Program-made: the position numbers and the translations under genes
Shown: in pieces, positions 9,998 through 24,300 of the stretch
How the letters are laid out: each line of letters opens with the position of its first letter
How positions within the stretch are numbered: the stretch's first letter is position 1
Origin: Malacoraja senta
Taxonomy: Eukaryota
Length of the DNA: 64,000 nucleotides
Reading direction: 5' to 3'
Assembly (NCBI GenBank): GCA_038087875.1
Contig: CM075981.1
Span: 1,488,001 to 1,552,000 of the forward strand
Notes under the pieces: model-generated
The model's database searches: none
What the model saw: only the letters and a program-made list of their open reading frames with translations
Told to the model about the DNA's origin: nothing

Positions 9998-12270
9998 TTA
10001 GTGGAAAGTCTATTCTTGTGCCGAACAAAATGGTTGAGTTGCAGCTTGCAAAGCCCGGGGTGTGAAACTGCAAATACATTGTGTTGCTTTCTTCAGTCTG
10101 ACTTGTGACTGTAACCCCGCCCATGAAAGAACTGTGAAGGATGTTGTTTGAATATAAGAAATGGTGACCTGCAAAAACGGAGTAACCACCATAAAGTTCC
10201 GAAAGAGTCAAGGATTGCTTTGGGTAAAATGTCCCACTTACAAAGATAAATATTATCCACACAGTAAGCAGGGAGACGAGGAAATGAGACCAGAGGCTGC
10301 TTTGAACTCATAAACCCCCATGTTAGGGATATCCGAGGAGTGCTGAATAGCCAGAGATACTTGCAGATTCTGTGGTCACATTGATGCTGCCTGGCCCCTT
10401 TCAACTCGAGCTTGTTGATGGTCTAATGGGAGGAATGAACTTGAATTGGATCTTACCCCACTGCTAGACATCCCAAAGTGCCTCATAGATAGTGAGAGGT
10501 AAACAGTCTGAGATGCGACAGATAGACACAAAATACTGGAACAACTCAGCGGGATAGGCAGCATCACAGCAGGGAAAGAACGGGTGACATTTCGGGTCGA
10601 TGCCACTATTGTGTTTAGTGATGGGTACTGGCTTGCAATGTACTTTAATCTAATATGTTCAAACAGTCATTTATTTCTTTACACTGATTTGTTCTGCAGT
10701 GCTGACACTTTGCTCGCGCTGCTGAAAAAAAGGGTGTGTAGATTCGTAACTCTGAACAGCATCTTGCGAGCAGCTCGCTGTAAAACTGTTTGCTGAGAAG
10801 TGTTTGCAGTAGTCATGGGTCAAAGGCGAATGTAGACAGAATTCAATTGTTCTGCTGCATCGTCCGTTCCTCTCTGCAGTGTTTTTAGGGGGGCAAGTAT
10901 GCAGGAAATAGCTCCTAACAAAAGATCCTTTACTGAGGGTCGCCAACGCTCAGCTAACACCAGTGGCGGACTCATCAGTGTGTTACACCCATAGTACGTG
11001 ATACACAACATTGCCACAGATGTACACAACCAGAATAAACGACACTGTTCCACTAAAAGTGACACACCAGAACGATAGACGGCAGCAGATATTAGGTTAT
11101 ATTATAATGCAACTAGTTGCCTACAGAATGAATTCGTTGCAAGCAGATGTACAAAGTCAGCCAATGGAATGTACACGAACACAACCCTGATAATGTATTC
11201 GCTCTGCATTGTAAAGAAGACAAGTTAATAATTCAATTCGCCGTGCATATTCTACCTTGCTTTAACTTCACTAAGTGTATCACTTCGCCCTTGTTGAGTT
11301 ACATTACACATGTCAGTTACATTCCACATCCCGCTTTTCCAGCTGATCTCCATCCTGTGGTAATTCTAGACAAACTTCTTCACAGTCCTCCAGACCGTTA
11401 ATTTTCTATTTTCAAAATGTGAATACCATGACAATAGTGTTTCAAATTTGAATTAAAGAGTTGAATCAGAGAGGAGAGGGTCAAACTCCAATTAACCTCA
11501 GCTGATTTCAGATGAAAATCCCCTACTTCCTAACGCCAGCTTCCTGTTTTGCCCCTTGTCAACAGTAATAAGCAAAAACAAAAGTTCCAATTATTATATT
11601 TTTGATCTGCCGGTCCACTTACAAAATCATCAAGAGGGAATGATCGGGAAGTGTACACATCTTAGGCGTTTCTACAATTCTAAATCGTCATATTTTATCC
11701 AATGTATCATTGTTTACATGAAGGGGCCCGACCCGAAACGTCACCTAACCATTTTCTCCAGAGGTGCTGCCTGGCCCGCAGAGTTCCTTATGAATTTTTT
11801 TGTCTATCATTATTTCCATCACTGTTCAGTGTTAACAGACTCTGAGTACAGAGATAATCGCCGCTGCATCCTAACGGATACATCACACTTGACGAAGTGG
11901 TTGAAGCAGCTGCAATAACAACATGTAACGAGCACTTGGACAGTTCCACGTATGGGGAAGGTTTGGGGAGTTTCGGGTTGAACGTGGGAAAATCTGACTA
12001 ACTTAGATGAGCACATTGGTCTAACGCGTTGGGGAGAAGGGCCTGTTTCCGTGACGTATGACTGTGATCATCCGACCCAACCATTTGTTAAATATAACCC
12101 TGATCCTTTCACACTGTAACGTGTCGAGCTGCTGCTGGCTCGCTGTGGTTCACGATCTGAAGTCCTGTTCCCTTCTTCGTCGTTGCTATTCGAGAGATGA
12201 GGTTGTATCTGAGAGCTACGAGCTGAGCGACAGACTGACAAGTGCTGACCTCGTCACTGTGGATAAAACA

Positions 12271-12307
12271 ATGTGGATTCCCATTCTTCTCATCTCCTCG
12301 CTGCCGG
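12271..12307 (+). CDS. Gene 2 leader exon (MWIPILLISSLP)
   Basis: aaaacaATG context, hydrophobic signal peptide, donor CCGG|GTGAGT, phase 1. Continues as VSGAVW in the V1 exon. Confidence 0.88.
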
Positions 12308-15300
12308 GTGAGTGAAAGCCAGATCCTGATATTCCAATGATCAATGTTATTTGGCGTCCCATGCACCCTTTTCACAGCAGAGATAGTTAAGTATGTGTAG
12401 ACATGTAACGGGGGAGGTGCAACTCAGTGCATTGTGGTGATGGATCTGAAATCACATTTGAATATCTAGACTATGTTCGTAGTTTAATCACTGTTGACAC
12501 TTGGTCTAATAGCATCCTGATGATAGTTTATAGGCATAAAATAGCAAATGAATTTGGAGCAGATACTCCAAGATACCTGGACCGGACATAGGTTGCAGCA
12601 TCACCAGGAAGTTAATTCTACACTTTTGAAATGTGTTTACAACTTAGGGGGGAGTCGGGATTGTGGACTCATTGTGTCAGTTCAAATATTCCCTGCATTT
12701 GTCCAACTCAACTCTGTCGCAAACCCAACAATCCCCCGGAGTCTGAGACTGAACCACTGTCCTCGCCCTATCCACCTACCCCCAACTCTCTCTCCATCCT
12801 CTTTCCAATCCGCAACCAAGTCGCGCTGAAATGCAAGTTCAGTTTATTGTCACGTGTACCGAGGTACAGTGAAAAGCTTTTTCTTGCGTGCTAACCAGCC
12901 AGATACATGATTATAATCGATCCTCTTACAGTGCATAGATACATGAAAGGGAAATAAAGTTTAGTGTAAGGTAAAGCCAGCGAAGTCCGATCAAGGGTAG
13001 TCCGAGGGTCTCCAAAGAGGTAGATAGTTCAGCACTGCTCTCTGGTTGTGGTAGGATGATTCCGATGTCTGAGTACAACTGCGAAGGAACTGTCCCCGAA
13101 TCTGGCGGTGTGCGTTTTCACGCTAATAACGCTCTCCGATAATGTACCCGCTTTATTGTAGTTCGTCCGTCCTCTGTGTCCTCAGTCAGGGCTTTGTAAA
13201 GGCAGTGAATGTCTAAACACGGGTCCGCCTTTCCGCGGCCGGGTGGGACTACAGGGGTACCAGGCGCTGTTCGCGGGCACCTGGGGGATTTCCGGGACAT
13301 CTGGGCACCGCCTGGGGTTGAATACATCCTTGACAAGTATTGTAACATAGTTGTATAGTTGTTTATTTCGTTTATTTGTTTCTCTTGTATTATGGTGGTG
13401 GGTTCTTTTTTGTTTTATTGTATCGTAAGTATTATTTTCAATAATTAAATTAATTATTTGATAATATTTTTAAAAAAACACGGGTCCGGCCCAGTGTCGG
13501 TTGAGAGATGAATGTTGGCAGCGCAGCCGGCGGCACCGCCAATTAAATAGCAAAGTGGGTGCTATTTAATTAAATAGCCTGTGATTGTTGGAAGGCAGCT
13601 CCTGCAACACTGCCGCGCTCCCTCAGAACCGCACTGCGATCCCAGCCCAGTTTCTGCTCAGGGATCTGGAGTGGGAAGTGAACCCAAATTGTACTGACCC
13701 GCGGACAGAACATTGACACAACTGGTACAATAACAGCACTGTCTGCACTTCAGACCGGAGACATTGGTCGTGAAGCAATATGACACATTATGGAACGTTT
13801 TACGTTTTCTTTCATGTAATCTTCAAAATGTATCAATTCTGGGTAAATATTTTTAGTATAATATCTAAAGTGACCAGCACACAAGTGGACCCGGATCCAA
13901 AATTTATAATACTCGGAACATCAGAATTAAATCAAACATTTACAACAACACAAAGAAACTTTATTGATTATAGTATAATAACAGGAAAAAATTTAATTCT
14001 AAAATTTTGGAAAGGCCCTACGGCCCCCACAATCAAAATGTGGATTATAGAAATGACGGTGACCTTAAACGTGGAAAGAATCAGATTTTCCCTGTTGGAC
14101 AAACAGGAATTATTCGTTGGAACATGGTCTCCCTTTATTGATTATTTAAAGGGTCAGAATGGTTCAGCACGGGAACCTGACTAATGCTCGGGCTAAAGAA
14201 TGGATGAAATGTTATACTCTGAAATGTACGAATATATCTCGAATTAAGTTTTTTATTTTAATAATTTTTTCCATTCTTCTTTAACTATCTTTCTCTTTTT
14301 TTTTTGTTTTTTGTTTTGTTTTTTGTTTTTTTTGTTTGTTTTTTTCTCTTTTTCTTCTCTCTCTTTTCTTTCTTTACTTCATCTATCTTTTTAGTTCTAT
14401 CTAGTTAAAAAAAAAAAAAAAAAAGACAAAAGGTATTGGAGACAATGTAATAATAATGGATAATATTATCAATTCAAAAATGTAAGCCTGTAATGATGTT
14501 AATAGGTTATGTACTTATCTCCAATAAAAAATATTTTCCAAAAAAAACAAAATGTATCAATTACCATTAAACAGTTAATTTGCTCTCCATCTGAAAGTTT
14601 CTCCGCTCAGTTTCAGGTGCAGTGTGGGCAAAGTGGGAAGTAAAAGGAGTTGTGGGAAGAGAGATCACAATCGATTGTCACTATGCAGCAGAGTACCGCT
14701 CACACACAAAATACTGGTGCCGTGGGAGGAGTCGATCGTGTAGAGTTTTAGTGGAAACAAATGGGCAACACGGACGGAGTGGAAGAGTGTCAATCACAGA
14801 TAACCCGGCTCGAGGAATATTTACTGTGACTGTGGAGGATCTTCACTCTGAAGATACAGGATGGTACAGCTGTGGAATTTCAACATCAGCCGACCATCCA
14901 ATATTTAACGTTTTACTCGAAGTATCTGACGGTATGTTTCGCAGCGAATGACTTGACGTCTCCAGCAGAAAGACAATACAGGATTACAATCGATCCTCTT
15001 ACAGTGCATAGATACATGAAAAGGAAATTACGTTTAGTGTAAGGCGAATCCAGCAAAGTCCGATCAAGGGTAGTCCGAGGGTCATCAAAGAGATAGATAG
15101 TTCCGCACTACTCTCTGGATGTGGTAGGATGATTCAGATGCCTGACAACAGCTGTGAAGAAATTGTCCCCGAATCTGGCGGTGTGCGTGTTCACGCTAGT
15201 AACGCTCTCCGGTAAGGGACCTGGAGGTGGGTGGTGAGTGGGCGAGTGGTGAGTGGGTGAGTGGTTGGGTGAGTGGGCAGATGCATGGCAGATGAAGTTT

Positions 15301-18300
15301 AATGTGGATAAATGTGAGTTTATCCACTTTAGTAGCAAAATCAGGAAGGCAGATTATTATCTGAATGTTGTCAGGTTGGGAGAAGGGGAAGTACAAAGAG
15401 ATCTGGGGGTCCTTGTTCATCACTCACTGAAAGTAAGCATGCAGGTACAGCAGGCAGTGAAGAAAGCTAGTGGCATGTTGACCTTAATAACAAGAGGAGT
15501 TGAGTACAGGAGCAAAGAAGTCCTTCTGCAGTTGTACATGGCCCCAGTGAGACCACACCTGGATTATTGTTTGCAGTTTTGATCTCCAAATTTGAGGAAG
15601 GACCTTCTTGCTATCGAGGGAGTGCAGTGTATGTTGAGGGAGTGCAACAAGGTTAATTCCCGGGATGGCGGGACTGTCATCTGTTGATTGAATGGTGCGG
15701 CTGCGCTTGTATACTCAGGAATTTAGAAGGATGAGATGGGATGTTATTGAAAAATATAAGATTATTAAGGGATTGGACACGCGAGAGGCAGGAAACATTT
15801 TCCCGATATTAAGAATAATGGATAGGCCATTTAGAACGGAGATGAGGAAAAACGTTTTCACCCAGAGAGTTGTGAATCTGTGGAATTATCTGCCTCAGAA
15901 GGCAGTGGAGGCCGATTCACTGGATGCATTGAAAAGAGAGTTAGATAGAGCGCTTTGGGCTTGCGGAATCAAGGGGTATGCGGAAAGGCAGGAACGGGGT
16001 ACTGATTGTGGATGATCAGCCATGAACACATTGAATAGCGGTGCTGGCTCGAAGGGCTGAATGGCCTACACCTGCACCTATTGCCTATGTATCTATGTAT
16101 CTCTTTATCTATGTCTGTATCTACAGTTCCTTGTGTCTCCACCTCTGATATTGAAAAGCAAGACCAATCAAATATTCAGCAAGAGAACACTATACCCGTT
16201 GGAGTAACTGGGCGCAGTGGTTTCCTGATGATTGTTATCGGGTGTTACATTTGTATTTGAAGTGAACCCTACTGATGTTAACGACTCACGAATAGATTTA
16301 GGTTCTGTTGATATAAGGAAATAAAGGACAATTAAAGATAGACAAAAAAATGCTGGATTAACTCAGCGAGACAGGCAGCATCGCTGGAGAGAATGAATGG
16401 GTAACGTTTCGGGTCTGAGCATGGGTCTCGACCCGAAACGTCAGAGCGAGAGAGTTAGATGGAGCTCTAAAAGATAGCGGCGCCATGGGATATGGTGAGA
16501 AGGTATGAACGGGGTACTGATTGTGGATAATCAGCCATGGTCATAGTGAATGTCGGTGCTGGCTCGAAGGGCCGAATGGCCTACTCCTACCACAGTTGTC
16601 TCTTATCTCTTGACCAGCTTTATTGTAACCCGTCTGTCCTCCGTTCTCAGTCAGGGCTATGTAAAAGCAGTGGCGGCGGTGAATGCCTAAACACGGGTCC
16701 GGCCCAGTGTCGGTTGAGAGATGAATGTTGGCAGCGTAGCCGGCGGCACCGCCAATGAAATAGCAAAGTGAGGTCTTTCTGCAGGGTGAGAGGCCGGGCA
16801 CCGCCTGAGATTGTTGAAAGGCAGCTCCTGCAACACTGCCGCGCTCCCTCAGTACCGCACTGCGATCCCAGCCCAGTTTCTGCTCAGGGATCTGGAGTAG
16901 GAAGTGAACCCTAATTGTACTGACCAGGGGACAGAACACTGACACAACAGGTACAATAACAGCACTGCCTGCACTTCATACCGGAGACATTGGCCGTGAA
17001 GCAATATGACACATCATGGAACGATTTAAGTTTTCTTGCATGTTTTCTTCAAAATGTATCTATTTCCATTAAACAGTTCATTTGTTCTCCATCTGAAAGT
17101 TTCTCCCCTCCAATTCAGCTGCAGTGTGGGGAGAGACGTATGTAACAGGAGTTGTGGGAAGAGCGATCACAATCTATTGTCACTATGAAGCAGAGTACCG
17201 CTCACACACAAAATACTGGTGCCGTGTGCAGAATCGGCAATGTACAGATATGATGGAAACAAATGGGCAACACGGACGGAGTGGAAGAGTGTCAATCACA
17301 AATAACCCGGCACGAGGAATATTTACTTTGACTGTGGAGGATCTTCACTCTGGAGATACAGGATGGTACAGGTGTGGAATTACAACATCTAACGGCCGTT
17401 CAATGTTAAACGTAGAACTCCAAGTATCTGACGGTACGTTTCTCAGCGATTGACTTGTCGTCTGCACTGAAAGGCCTGATCTATGTTTTCTCCGGGAAGG
17501 GTCAGGGCAGCACCGATATCCCGAGGCTCCGCAGCAGTGCAGAGACCTGCGGGGAGCGGGCGGGGGTCGGGAAACCGCACTCATTTTGCTCTCACCCTGA
17601 GCGGGCTCTGCCCCACTGAGCGGCCACCCACTTAGAAACATAGAAACATAGAAAATAGGTGCAGGAGGAGGCCATTCGGCCTTTCGAGCCAGCACCGCCA
17701 TTTGTTGCTATCATGGCTGATCGTCCCCAATCAATGACCTGTGCCAGCCTTCTCCCCATATCCCTTGATTCCACTAGACCCTGGAGCTCTATCTGACTCT
17801 CTCTTAAATCCATCCAGTGATTTGGCCTCCACTGTCCTCTGTGGCAGGGAATGCCACAAATTCACAACTCTCTGGGTGAAAACGTTTTTTCTCACCTCAG
17901 TCTTAAATGGCCTCCCCTTTATTCTAAGTGTGGCCCCTGGTTCTGGACTCGCCCAACATTGGGAACATTTTTCCTGCATCTAGCTTGTTCAGTCCTTTTA
18001 TAATGTTATGTGTTTCTATAAGACCCCCCTCAAACTTCTAAACTCCAGTGAATACAAGCCTAGTCTTTTCAATCTTTCCTCATAAGACAGTCCCGCCATC
18101 CCAGGGATCAATCTCGTGAACCTATGCTGCACTGCCTCAATCACAAGGATGTCCTTCCACAAATTAGGAGACCAAAACTGTACGCAATACTCCAGATGTG
18201 GTCTTTCCAGAGCCCTATACAACTGCAGAAGAACCTCTGTACTCCTATACTGAAATTCTCTTGTTATGAAGGCCAACATTCCATTAGCTTTCTTCACTGC

Positions 18301-21300
18301 CTGCTGTACCTGCAAGCCAACTTTCAGTGACCGGTGTACAAGGACACCTAGGTCTCGCTGCGCCTCCCCCTTACCTAACCTAACCCCGTTTTGATAATAA
18401 TCTGCCCCCTTGTTTTTGCCACCAAAGTGGATAACCTCACATTTATCTATATTATACTGCCACGCATCTGCCCACTCACTCAACCTGGTCACCCTGCAAC
18501 CTGCTAACATCCTCTTCATAGTTCACACTGCCATCCAGCTTTGTGTCATCCGCAAACTTGCTAGTGTTGCTCCTAATTCCCTCTTCCAAATCATTAATAT
18601 AAATGGTAAACAGTTGCGGCCCCAACACCGAGCCTAGCGGCACTCCATTCGCCACTGCCTGCCATTCTGAAAAGGACCCGTTCACTCCTACTCTTTACTT
18701 CCTGTCTGCCAACCAATCTTCTATCCACGTCAACACCCTACCCCCAATACCATGCGCTCTAATTGTAGTCACCAGTCTCCCGGGCGGGTACTTATCAAAG
18801 GCTTTCTGAAAGTCTAGATACACTACATCCACTGGCTCCCCTTCATCCATTTTACTTGTCACATCCTCAAAAAAATCCAGAAGATTACATAGATACATAG
18901 AAAATAGGTGCAGGAGTAGGCCATTCGGCCCTCCGAGCCTGCACCGCCATTCAATATGATCATCCGCTGTTGCAGGTGTGAACTACTATATATCGGCTAG
19001 ACCAAGCGCAGACTCGTCGATCGTTTCGCTGACTAACTCCGCTCAGTCTGCTCCTGGACCTCCTCCACTATCCAACGTAAATAGGAGGAAAAGCACCTGG
19101 GCAACTTACAACCCATCGTTTGAATATTGACTTCTCTAACTTCAAGGAACCCTTGCTTTACTCCTGTCCCCATCCCGCCACCATCCTAGCTCTCCAGTTA
19201 GTTGCACAGTCAAACTGATTTTCTTTTACTTATTGTATGCCTCGTTGTCACCTTCCCTTCAGCTCACAATGATCCATTGTCCATTTTATTTTCACCTTTG
19301 ATCAGTTGTTTTCACACCTTACCTGTCCATTTATCTTCTGTCTCCCTGTCCCATGATTCTCAGGCTGAAGGTGGGTCTCGACCCGAAACGTCACCCATTC
19401 CTTCTTTCGAGAGATGCTGCCTGCTCCGTTGCGTTACTCCAGCATTTTGTGTCTATCCTCGCTCTATCCACCCACCCCCAACTCTCTCTCCATCCTCTCT
19501 CGGATCCGTGGCCCAGTCGTGCTGAATTGTCCAGGGCGAGCCGGGGTCATCGGGAATAAAACCTGTCCCAGATGAGCAGCGGGACATTGGGCTCACAATT
19601 CAGTTTAGTTTATTGTCACGAGTACCGAGGTACAGTGAATCTGGCGGTGTGTGTTTTCACGCTAGTAGCGCTCTCCAGCAAGGGACCCGCTTTATTTTAA
19701 CCGGTCCGTACTCTGTCCTCAGTCAGGGCGTTGTAAAGACAGTGGCTGCGGTGAATTTCTAAACACGGGTCCGGCCCAGTGTCGGTTGAGAGATGAATGC
19801 TGGCAGCGCCGACACTGAAATAGCAAAGTGGGGTATTTCTGTGGGTTGAGAGGCCGGGCACCGCCTGGGATTGTTGAAAGGCAGCTCCTGCAACACTGCC
19901 GCGCTCCCTCAGTACCGCACTGCGATCCCAGCCCAGTTTCTGCGCAGGGATCTGGAGTGGGAAGTGAACCCTAATGGTACTGACCCGGGGACAGAACACT
20001 GACACAACTGGTACAATAACAGCACTGCCTGCACTTCAGACCGGAGACATTGGCCGTGAAGCAAAATGACACATCATGGAACGATTATGTTTTTCATGTA
20101 ATCTTCAAAATGTATATATTTCCATTAAACAGTTCATTTGCTCTCCATCTGAAAGTTTTTCCCCTCCCTTTCAGCTGCAGTGTGGGGAGAGAGGAATTTA
20201 ACAGGAGTTGTGGGAAGAGCCATCACAATCGATTGTCACTATGCAGCAGAGTTCCGATCACAGGCTAAATACTGGTGCCGTGGGCAGAGTCGCCAATGTA
20301 CAGATATGGTGGAAACAAATGGGCAACACGGACGGAGTGGAAGAGTGTCAATCACCGATATACCGGCACTAAGAATATTTACTATGACTGTGGAAGATCT
20401 TCACTCTGGAGATACAGGATGGTACAGCTGTGGAATCACAGCACCTGCCGACCATTCAATGTTTAACGTATATCTCCAAGTATCTGACGGTACGTTTCGC
20501 AGCGATTGACTTAATGTCTCCACTGAAAAGCCTGATCCATGTTTTCTCCAGGAAGGGTCAGGGCAGCACCGATATCTCGAGGCTCCGCAGCAGTGCAGAG
20601 GCCTGCGGGGAGCGGGCGAGGGTCGGGAAACCCCACTCATGTTTGCTCTCACCCAGTGCGGGCTCTGTCCCATTGAGCGGCCACCCACTTCAAGACACTC
20701 AACACATTACCCTGCCTCTGAATTGTATGAAATATCACCCTGTCAGAGGTTTGCATTCCGACAAACTAATAACCCGACAGATCAGTGAGAAACAAGTGTT
20801 GCTCGCCGTCTGAATACCCGGAGAATCATAAACAGGGAATCAGTCCCCAGAGCTCCACAGACTGCGTTCAGTCCCCAGGTACCTTCCCCTACAACTGCAG
20901 GAGATGCAACACCAGTCACTATATATCCCCCCCTTTACTCCATCCATGGGCCTCAACAGTCTTTTCGGGTGAGGCAGACGTTCACTTGCATCTCCTCTAA
21001 CCTCATCTACTCTATCCGCTGTTCCAGGTGTGAACAAGCGGATATAGTAGATGGGAGACCAAGCGCAGACTCGGCGATCGTTTCGCTGAACAACTCCGCT
21101 CAGTCTGCCTCGGCCTACGCTACATCCCGATTGCTAAACACTTTTATTCCCCCTCCCATTCCCAAACTGAACTTTCCGTCCTGGACCTCCTCCAGTGCCA
21201 GAGTGAGGCCAAAGGCAAATTGGAAAATCAGCGCCTCATATTTCGCTTGGGCAGCTTACAACCCAGCGGTTTGAATATTGACATCTCTAACTTCAAGTAA

Positions 21301-24300
21301 CCCTTGCTTTACTCCTTTCCATCCCGCCCCCATCCGAAACCTCCAATTAGATTCACCTGATAATATTTTACTGATTGTATGCCTCGTTGTCACCTTCCCT
21401 TCAGCTGACAATGATTCATTCTACATTTCCCTTTAACATTGTCACCTTTGATCACTTGTTTTAACATCTTACCCTTCCATTTCTCTTCTGTCACCCAGAA
21501 CATGACTGTCAGGCTGGAGAAGGGTCTCGATCCGAAACTTCACCCACTCCTTCTCTCGAGAGATGCTGCCTGCTCCGCTGAGTTCCCCCAGTATTTTGTG
21601 TCTCTCTTAAAGCGATCGTAATTAGTTTTCGCGATTAAATTACAAGGCATTGAATTGTGTTTTTGGCACGCTGGTCTTCATCAGTGAGAACATTCAGAAT
21701 ATAATTTGAGATAATATGCTTCAGACGTGCAGATGTTCAGTCCACACTTTGGGAATTGTGTTCAGCTTCAGTCACTCAGCTCCAAGAAAAGTTGAGATGG
21801 ACAGCGTGCAGAAAGGTTTAAGGGCGACGTTGCCTGGACAGGATGGGATTGACGCAGGGAGCGATTGGACAAACTCAGACTTCATTCCTTAGTGTGGAAA
21901 TGATTGAGAGAGGAACTTATAGAAATGTATCAATCACGAGAAGCATGTTCATTTTCCCACGATGTGTGGAATCAAAAAGTGGAGGACAGAGGTAATGGGA
22001 ACTATTTAAAGAGGGAGGAATAGTAAGGTGCAATTGACCATAATGTCATGTTTTGTACAGATGAGTGGCCGAAGCTGAACACAATTCGCACAAGTTCGAC
22101 CTCAACAACATATGTACAACTGAAACATAACATCCCAACATATGTTCTGAGGAACAACATTTTCCACACATTGGGTAATATGTACATGGAACCTGCTGCC
22201 AGGGGAAGTTGTTGAGGCAGTTAGAATAGCAGCATTTAAAATAAATTTTGGATATTTGCGTAGATTGGGATCATTGCGAGTGATAAATGAGAAACGCGGA
22301 CATATGGAAATGTCATAGAAAGACATGTTGGTCGGCATTAATGAGCTGTTGTGATGGGCATCTTTCGGTTCTCTATAACTCTAACCTTCTTCGGTTTCTG
22401 CGCTTCGCACACTCCCAGAGATGTAGATGAGCCGGTGAGGTATCAACCGGACGGTTCGGGCTGAGATAAAGTGCTGCTGAGATTTAGCAAGTGTTTGGTT
22501 TTTAACAATTCATACAGGTGACTGAATATTTGCTCCATTCCCACAGAACCCATTTCTGCTCCTGTGCTCAGTTATCTGTCAGCAGCAAATGCCTCACGTC
22601 TTGGAGGCTCAGTGTCAGTGTCCTGTGAGTCTCTCCGTGGATCCCTTCCCATCCATTACACGTGGTTTGAGAAGAAGGAGCATCGGGTGTCAACGATCTT
22701 GAAAGGCAATCAACTGGATCTGAGTTGTGACATCCTCAGAGGTGAACACCTTCGATATTACTGCACAGCCGCAAATAATCGTGGGACAAAACCCAGTGAA
22801 ATAGTCAAGGTGAAAGTCTTCAAAGGAGCAGGAACGTGCAGTTATGTGACAGAAATGAACAATGCAGGTGAGTGTTCCTCTCGTGTCCCTGAACCTGCTG
22901 CTATTCACCTTGTGGTGATGTTCATGGATTTCTTGTTATTTGCAGACGGCATCATTGCAGCCACCGTGAGCTCATGCTGTAAAATGCGAGAGTTTGTTTG
23001 GGGGACTGGCAAATAATTGCCCGTAGCTTCCACCATGGAGGTGTTGCGCAATTTCAGCAAAGGAGAGAAAGACATGCACTTGTCACAAAGGGTTGAGTGC
23101 ACTCCATCAAATTTCTGCCTTCTGCCTTAAAAAATGCCGCTTGGCTGCCGCTTAAGGTCTCACAGTCACTTTGAGACATTGAAAGCAACCAAATGCATCC
23201 TGTTTGGATCCGCCATCATTTACAATCAAGGATGTGAGACCAAGCGGAGGCTTGGCGATCGTTTCGCCGAACACCTCCGGTCGGTCCGCAATAACCAACC
23301 TGAACTCCCGGTGGCTCAGCACTTCAACTCCCCCTCCCATTCCGTATCTGACCTCTCTGCCCTGGGTCTCCTCCATGGCCACAGCGAGCAACGCCGTAAA
23401 TTGGAGGAAATGCACCTCATATTCCGCTTGGGCAGTCTACATCCTGGTGGCCTGAACGTTGAATTCTCCCAATTCTGCTAGCCCTGGCTGTCCCCTCCCC
23501 TTCATCAGCCATCTGGTTGTCTCCTCCCCTCCCCCAGCCCTCGGGCTCCTCCTCCGCCTTTTCCTTTTTTCCTTTCTTCTCCCCACCCCCTATCAGTCTG
23601 AAGAAGGGTTTCGGCCCGAAACGTTACCTATTTCCTTCGCTCCATAGATGCTGCTGCACCCGCTGAGTTTCTCCAGCATTTTTGTGTACCTATGTACAAT
23701 TTCATGATCATGTTCATGATTTTAACTGTTAATTTGTGTTAAACTCCAGTAATATCACTAAATTAAATTGTAATCTACTTGGCCGTCACTCCATCAAGTA
23801 TAACCCTTACTTTTGTCAAAGAGAATTTTGAAATGAACTCCCAGTAGTCGTGGAGACGTTCAGATTGGAAGTCCAGAATAGAGTGTGAATGGTTTACATC
23901 AGACAGACCAAGCTTATACAATGCCAGCGTTTCTTAAACTATTTCAGTGCCATTCACCCTTGAGTCTTTATTACAAGATTTAATTCACCCTCCACTAAAT
24001 ATTCTTATGTTTTTTTGGTTATTATCATCTTATTTTCACGTGTGCATAATTTTATATATAATTTATTTTGTCACATGAGCAAAAAACATGAATTAACTCA
24101 TTCACCCCAAAATAATTTCATTCGCCCTTGGGTAAACCATTCATCAGTTTAAGAAGCACTGGCCGAGGCTACAATTTCGCCGAACACTTGTGTTTGGTCT
24201 GTCATGACCCAGAGTCGTACTTGATAGACACCCCGTTGATGCAGAGCAGCAGCAGTTTGCACCATCTGCACGATGCACTGCAGCAACTCACCAAGACTCC

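Noticed and set aside
9993-11401. Intergenic ORFs between genes 1 and 2 (and their copies at 32549-33502)
   Set aside because: No homology recognised. Their recurrence only reflects the recent duplication.
11520-11550. ETS-type motifs (acttcct, gcttcctg) as promoter or enhancer
   Set aside because: Short motifs expected by chance, with no transcription start data to anchor them.
14880-14915. CD300a/CD300f-type phospholipid-binding motif (WLRD)
   Set aside because: It is absent from all V domains, so lipid binding cannot be claimed.
14611-14960. V exons as rearranging Ig/TCR V segments
   Set aside because: Each ends in a GT splice donor with a complete G strand. No recombination signal sequence follows, and there are no D, J or C1 segments. 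Stray CACAGTG heptamers (6618, 9884) lie in repeats away from the V exons.
15225-15280. (GTGAGTGG)n repeat as a splice-donor array or functional G-quadruplex
   Set aside because: It sits at the truncated 5' end of a CR1 fragment and expands the element's own ggtgagtggg sequence, most likely by slippage.
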